Assembly (NCBI GenBank): GCA_016839785.1
Contig: JAEOTQ010000224.1
Span: 1 to 21,161 of the forward strand
DNA: 21,161 nucleotides
From: Candidatus Hodarchaeota archaeon
Lineage (GTDB): Archaea > Asgardarchaeota > Heimdallarchaeia > Hodarchaeales > Hodarchaeaceae
Direction: 5' to 3'
The notes under the pieces were generated by a model. That model had not been told where the DNA came from. It worked only from the letters and a program-made list of their open reading frames with translations, and searched no databases. Shown one piece after another: positions 16,478 to 21,161 of the stretch (position 1 is its first letter; every line of letters begins with the position of its first letter). The position numbers and the translations under genes are program-made.

Positions 16478-18685
16478 ATGGGTGAAATAATGATTGATAT
16501 AACACTTACGTTATTACAGGATTGGATTTGGGATGCACGAAGAGAGGCATATTGGCCTAGTAGTATTGAACTGTATGGTAAACAAATTGGTTTTCTAGTG
16601 TACCTATGTGCAGCGATAGCTGTTATTGTCTTACTTATTGGTCTCTATCGGAATATGCGTGTGTGGTTCCGAGGTAAGTATGATCAAGAAGAACAGAATT
16701 TTACTAGCTTTATATTCGGTTTAATCAAACGTGGTTTTAAAAATTTTTTTTCCCGATCTTTTCCCAAACGATTGTATTATGGAATTGGTTCTGGGATCTT
16801 AAAACGAAAGACAATGCAAAAATCAAGTTTCATTGTACATACAATGATCATGGTGGGTTTTCTTGGTTCTGCGATTGCTACTCTTACGCTTACTATCCAT
16901 GAATACGTTTTCCATTATAAATTACTTGTTGGGCCTTTGTATCTTCTTCTCAACGTCGGTGCGGATATTTCGGGAGTACTGCTATTATGTGGGGTAGTGA
17001 TGGCATTCACTCGCCGCTTTCTTCGTGAAAAACCATATTATGAACGAGCAGGGGTTGAAGATCTAGTTTTACTTTTACTACTTCTCTGGATTAGTCTTTC
17101 TGGATTTTTCATTGAAGCTACTCGAATTTTATATGGTCTTAATCATCTACCTCTTGATATCCATGAGATTCTATACACAAATATTGACTTTGAGATGACC
17201 TCGTTCATTGGTTTTCCTTTAGCTCTCATATTGGGTTTTTTCATTACTAATGATAATATGATTTTTACTATCCATGCGTTTTTCTATCTTTCACATTTGA
17301 TGTGTATTCTGATACTTGCCATTATTTTGACCTTTAGTAAGTTTTTCCATGTTTTAGCTGGTGTAGGAAATATAATTCTGACTGATATCGATAAAACTAA
17401 AGGCCAGGTAAAATTTCACCCCGATGGAATAAGTAAAATAGAAGATTTCACTTTCTATCAATTGTTAGAAGCCTCTGCCTGCATGAAATGCCATTTTTGT
17501 CATAACTATTGTCCTGCCCAAGACTCAGGTGAGCCTCTTTCCCCATTGAAAGTTATTCAAGATGTGAAAAATTGGGGAAAGCAACAATATGGTCTGACAC
17601 AGTCAAATAAAGATGTTAACATGCTTGGGGAGCAATCAGGGTTAACTGAAGATGTTTTATGGGCATGTGTCACCTGTTATGCGTGTACCAATGCCTGTCC
17701 TCATTTAATTGGGCATGTGGATATGATAGTGGGTATGAGAGCTTCATTGATAGAAGAAGGCAATGTTCCAAGTACTTTTACCACAATGCTTGAAAGCGTC
17801 TACCAATATGGAAATGTTTGGAATCAACCAAAACGCGATCGAACAAATTGGCTAAAAGAGGGTAAATTACCAAAAATCAAAAAATCAGATTCAAAACTTC
17901 TCTGGCTGCCTGGTGATACCCTTGCGTACGATCCTCGAAATCAGAAAGTCGCCCGTGCTACTTATGAAATTTTTTCTAAATCAGAACTCGATTATGGGAC
18001 ATTTGGAGATTCTGAGAAGAATGATGGTAATGAAATGCGACGTTTAGGTGAAGAAGCGTTATTTCAGATGCTTGCTGAAGATAACATCAAAATGTATCAG
18101 AAACGAGACGTCAAACGAATTGTAACATCATCACCTCATGCATTTAACACTATTAAAAATGAATATCCTCAGTATGGTGGTGAATTTGATGTAGTTCACA
18201 TAACCACCCTATTACTAGAAATGATTGAAGATGGTAGAATTAAATTTAATTCAGATCTAAATTATGAAGTCACCTATCATGATCCGTGTTACCTCGGTAG
18301 GTACAATGATGAATATGAATCTCCACGAAAGATAATAGAAAAGCTTCCAGGTGTTACATTCCGTGAAATGCCTAACCATGGTCAATTTTCTTACTGCTGC
18401 GGTGGTGGTGGAGGTAATATGTTTCGTGAAACTCCTGAATGGGTTGAAACTAGGATTTCTGAAAAACGGGTTTTAGAAGCAAAAGATACGTTAACTTTAC
18501 CAATTCAGGATGATCATAAGCCGCTCAAGAAAATTCTAGTCACAGCTTGTCCATTTTGTACGAGCATGTTGACTGATGCACTGAAGACACAGCAATTAGA
18601 GGAAGAATTTGAAGTAATGGATCTAGTAGAATTAGTTAATGAAGCGATGGGAACTTCCCCTCCTTCTGATGAAAGTTCTTCCTAG
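16478..18685 (+). CDS. Membrane Fe-S oxidoreductase (NarI-like heme b domain, two [4Fe-4S] sites, CCG domains); FadF / ETF:(methyl)menaquinone oxidoreductase-like
   Basis: N-terminal TM helices with candidate heme His ligands (FIVHTM, LSHLM, SKFFHV); CMKCHFCHNYCP and CVTCYACTNACP ferredoxin motifs; YHDPCYLGR, CCGGGGG and TACPFC in the last CCG domain; directly follows ACAD-etfBA. Confidence 0.9.
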   Translation: MGEIMIDITLTLLQDWIWDARREAYWPSSIELYGKQIGFLVYLCAAIAVIVLLIGLYRNMRVWFRGKYDQEEQNFTSFIFGLIKRGFKNFFSRSFPKRLYYGIGSGILKRKTMQKSSFIVHTMIMVGFLGSAIATLTLTIHEYVFHYKLLVGPLYLLLNVGADISGVLLLCGVVMAFTRRFLREKPYYERAGVEDLVLLLLLLWISLSGFFIEATRILYGLNHLPLDIHEILYTNIDFEMTSFIGFPLALILGFFITNDNMIFTIHAFFYLSHLMCILILAIILTFSKFFHVLAGVGNIILTDIDKTKGQVKFHPDGISKIEDFTFYQLLEASACMKCHFCHNYCPAQDSGEPLSPLKVIQDVKNWGKQQYGLTQSNKDVNMLGEQSGLTEDVLWACVTCYACTNACPHLIGHVDMIVGMRASLIEEGNVPSTFTTMLESVYQYGNVWNQPKRDRTNWLKEGKLPKIKKSDSKLLWLPGDTLAYDPRNQKVARATYEIFSKSELDYGTFGDSEKNDGNEMRRLGEEALFQMLAEDNIKMYQKRDVKRIVTSSPHAFNTIKNEYPQYGGEFDVVHITTLLLEMIEDGRIKFNSDLNYEVTYHDPCYLGRYNDEYESPRKIIEKLPGVTFREMPNHGQFSYCCGGGGGNMFRETPEWVETRISEKRVLEAKDTLTLPIQDDHKPLKKILVTACPFCTSMLTDALKTQQLEEEFEVMDLVELVNEAMGTSPPSDESSS

Positions 18686-18696
18686 AAATTCTATAT

Positions 18697-18744
18697 AGGA
18701 GAGTAATATCTTCTCCTTCCTCCATTTTTTATCAGTTTTTTTTT
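18697..18744 (+). terminator. Hairpin plus U-tracts downstream of the Fe-S oxidoreductase
   Basis: AGGAGA-GTAATATCT-TCTCCT (18697-18717), then T6 at 18725-18730 and T9 at 18736-18744. Confidence 0.6.
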
Positions 18745-18822
18745 CCTAAAATTCGACGTTTTATTTTTGGGTAAAATTCAAAAACTGGGGTACTAAATTT
18801 TCCAAATTAATATCAGTCACGG

Positions 18823-19785
18823 GTGATTCAAATGAAAGACTTTTTTCTCATTGTAAATCCAACTGCTGCAGGGGGTCGGGTAGAAAAGATATGGAATGAT
18901 AAAATAAAACCAAAAATTGATTCAAAATTCGATTATGATTTTGAATTTACTATAGGAATAGGCCATGCACTTGAACTCTCCCAGCAAAAATCAAATGAAG
19001 GGTACAAAGTTGTTTGTTCAGTAGGTGGAGATGGTACAGCAAATGAAGTTATCAATGGAGTTTTAAAAGCGGATAAAAATAGTGTTTTTAGTGCTTTCAC
19101 TGTAGGAACGGGAAATGATATTCCAACTGCTTTTGGAATTCCCGAAGGTAATATAGATGCTATCATTGAGATTCTCATCAATGGACAGGATAAAAAATTC
19201 GATGTTGGCTATTGTGTGAATGCAGATCGATATTTTGGGGGTGTTGCGTCAATGGGTTTTGATGCTGAAGTAGCTGATAGATCGAATAGAGGTACTAAAA
19301 GATTAAGCGGTTCTATAAATTACCAACGAGCTGTTTTTACAACACTTTTGAAATTTAAACCATATAATATTATAATTGAACCCAATACTGGTTCTATAGT
19401 AACAGGGCCACGTATGCTTGTTGCAATTGGTAATGGAAAACGATATGGAGGGGGTATGCACATATGCCCCGATGCGGATCCACATGATAACCTCTTTCAT
19501 GGGACCACTCTGAGAAAAATTAGTCGTTTCACCTTAGTTCGTCTTTTATCCTTAGTCTACGATGGTAAACATCTATCACATCCAGCTGTTGAAACTTTTG
19601 AAGGTAATATAATCAAAGTAGAGTCTCCTGATAAAAAATGTCTATACCAGGTGGATGGAGAAATTCTAGGTTATCTACCTGAAACTTTTGTAACCAAGCC
19701 AAATTTTCTAACGGTGCGTGTTCCAGACCCTTGGACCCCCTATGGTGAAACTTGGAAAGAACAGCTAAATTCTAAAAAGAAATAA
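18823..19785 (+). CDS. Soluble diacylglycerol/lipid kinase family protein (YegS/DgkB/BmrU)
   Basis: LIVNPTAAGG, VGGDGTANEVING, GTGND, GNGKRYGGG and QVDGE. The true start may be ATG 18832. Confidence 0.92.
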   Translation: MIQMKDFFLIVNPTAAGGRVEKIWNDKIKPKIDSKFDYDFEFTIGIGHALELSQQKSNEGYKVVCSVGGDGTANEVINGVLKADKNSVFSAFTVGTGNDIPTAFGIPEGNIDAIIEILINGQDKKFDVGYCVNADRYFGGVASMGFDAEVADRSNRGTKRLSGSINYQRAVFTTLLKFKPYNIIIEPNTGSIVTGPRMLVAIGNGKRYGGGMHICPDADPHDNLFHGTTLRKISRFTLVRLLSLVYDGKHLSHPAVETFEGNIIKVESPDKKCLYQVDGEILGYLPETFVTKPNFLTVRVPDPWTPYGETWKEQLNSKKK

Positions 19786-19861
19786 TGGTTATAATTTCAG
19801 TATTATTAAAGAAATACAGATATTTATTTGAATATTAACGGATTTGAGTAGTGAATTTTAG

Positions 19862-21133
19862 ATGAAAATTGAAAAAATACATGCACGAGAAATTTTTGAT
19901 TCTCGAGGTAATCCTACAGTAGAGGTAGAATGTCATTTAGAAACAGGTGTTGTAACTAGAGGTATGGTACCATCTGGTGCAAGTACTGGAATTCATGAGG
20001 CATTAGAATTAAGGGATGGGGGAACACGACTGATGGGTAAATCCGTGTCCAAAGCCGTGCAAAATGTTAATCAATTGGCCTCTCAATTAGTTGGTAGGAA
20101 CCCAGAGAACCAAACTGAGATAGATGAATTCTTATTGGAACTTGATGGAACTCCAAATAAGTCTAAGCTTGGTGCGAACGCGATACTGGGCGTATCTATG
20201 GCCATTGCCAAAGCTGGAGCTGTTAGTAAAAGTGTTCCTCTGTATCAACATTTAGGTGATTTACATGGAAATTCCGATTTTTATCTTCCAGTACCAAGTT
20301 TAAATGTTATTAATGGAGGGGAACATGGTGGGAATGATATAGCATTTCAGGAATATATGTTGATGCCAGTGAAAGCCTCAAGTTTCAAAGAAGGCTTATC
20401 TATAGGGGTTGAAGTTTACCATAAACTTAAATCGATAATTAAAAAGAAATATGGAGTTACTGCCATCAACGTAGGAGACGAAGGTGGCTTTGCTCCACCT
20501 TTAGATAAAGTAGAAGAACCATTAAGACTTTTAATGGCTGCAATTGATGAAGCAGGGCATACAGGAAAATTTCAGATAGCTTTAGATCCTGCAGCGTCAG
20601 AATTCTATTCTGATGGAAAGTATATGGTTGATGGTGAGGTACTCGAGGCTGAGGATTTTATCAATGTATATGAGGGATTCTTAGAAAAATATCCAATAAT
20701 TTCGATTGAAGATGCGTTCGATCAGGATGATTGGGACACATTTAAAAAATTTACAGCTAGAAATGGGGATAAACTCCAGATTGTTGGGGATGATTTACTT
20801 GTCACTAATGTCGATCGCATCCAAATCGCAATCGAGAAGAAAGCTTGCAATGCACTATTATTGAAAGTTAATCAAATTGGTTCAATCACTGAGAGTATTA
20901 ACGCAGCACAGCTCTCTCAAGACAACGATTGGGGAATCATGGTAAGTCACCGTAGTGGGGAAACCGAGGACTCATTTATTGCAGACCTTGTTGTCGGTTT
21001 AAAGACAGGTCAGATAAAAACTGGAGCCCCCTGCCGATCTGAACGTTTAGCAAAATACAATCAGCTAATAAGGATAGAAGAAATGCTTGGTGATAAGGCT
21101 AAATATGCAGGTAAGAATTTTCGTTCTCTTTAA
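19862..21133 (+). CDS. eno: Enolase (phosphopyruvate hydratase)
   Basis: [80 protein letters not shown] and AKYNQL. Confidence 0.98.
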   Translation: MKIEKIHAREIFDSRGNPTVEVECHLETGVVTRGMVPSGASTGIHEALELRDGGTRLMGKSVSKAVQNVNQLASQLVGRNPENQTEIDEFLLELDGTPNKSKLGANAILGVSMAIAKAGAVSKSVPLYQHLGDLHGNSDFYLPVPSLNVINGGEHGGNDIAFQEYMLMPVKASSFKEGLSIGVEVYHKLKSIIKKKYGVTAINVGDEGGFAPPLDKVEEPLRLLMAAIDEAGHTGKFQIALDPAASEFYSDGKYMVDGEVLEAEDFINVYEGFLEKYPIISIEDAFDQDDWDTFKKFTARNGDKLQIVGDDLLVTNVDRIQIAIEKKACNALLLKVNQIGSITESINAAQLSQDNDWGIMVSHRSGETEDSFIADLVVGLKTGQIKTGAPCRSERLAKYNQLIRIEEMLGDKAKYAGKNFRSL

Positions 21134-21157
21134 GGGTAGAGAATTAATTTTCTATTC
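21134..21157 (+). terminator. Hairpin directly after the eno stop codon (any U-tract lies outside the window)
   Basis: GGGTAGAGAA-TTAA-TTTTCTATTC can pair over 10 bp, including three G-U pairs. Confidence 0.35.
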
Positions 21158-21161
21158 CTCC

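Noticed and set aside
973-19500. Alternative-frame and antisense ORFs in the track (973-1155, 1723-1962, 3053-3280, 3259-3450, 9158-9397, 10095-10412, 10400-10585, 11292-11480, 11972-12190, 13537-13779, 13688-13873, 13923-14132, 14798-15223, 15749-16171, 15801-16082, 18933-19181, 19303-19500)
   Set aside because: All overlap well-supported genes, carry no recognisable motifs, and have the composition expected of shadow ORFs.

Overview
AT-rich, gene-dense prokaryotic window with 18 credible CDSs and no rRNA, tRNA, CRISPR array or transposase that I can see. The gene content points to an Asgard archaeon, probably Heimdallarchaeia/Hodarchaeales-like. This is an inference from a Rab-like small GTPase, a eukaryote-like enolase, beta-helix and beta-lactamase-fold surface proteins with C-terminal anchors, and TATA-like promoters. 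Left to right: 3' end of a non-pyrrolysine MttB methyltransferase; an anchored serine hydrolase on the opposite strand; a MetH activation-domain protein; a NosD-like beta-helix protein; nadB; a ~55-aa protein that looks like a free-standing TFE-beta/RPC34 Fe-S domain; an ABC-2 exporter operon; a deoxynucleoside kinase. Next comes an acyl-CoA catabolic cluster (thiolase, acetoacetate decarboxylase-like protein, acyl-CoA dehydrogenase, EtfBA, membrane ETF:quinone oxidoreductase-like protein, lipid kinase) with the Rab-like GTPase embedded in it, and finally enolase. The most interesting items are the stand-alone RPC34/TFE-beta Fe-S microprotein, the Rab/Rho-mosaic GTPase among lipid genes, the ACAD-ETF-EMO electron conduit with one Cys-less CCG domain, and the eukaryote-like enolase. 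All homology calls come from motif recognition and recalled reference sequences, not database searches.
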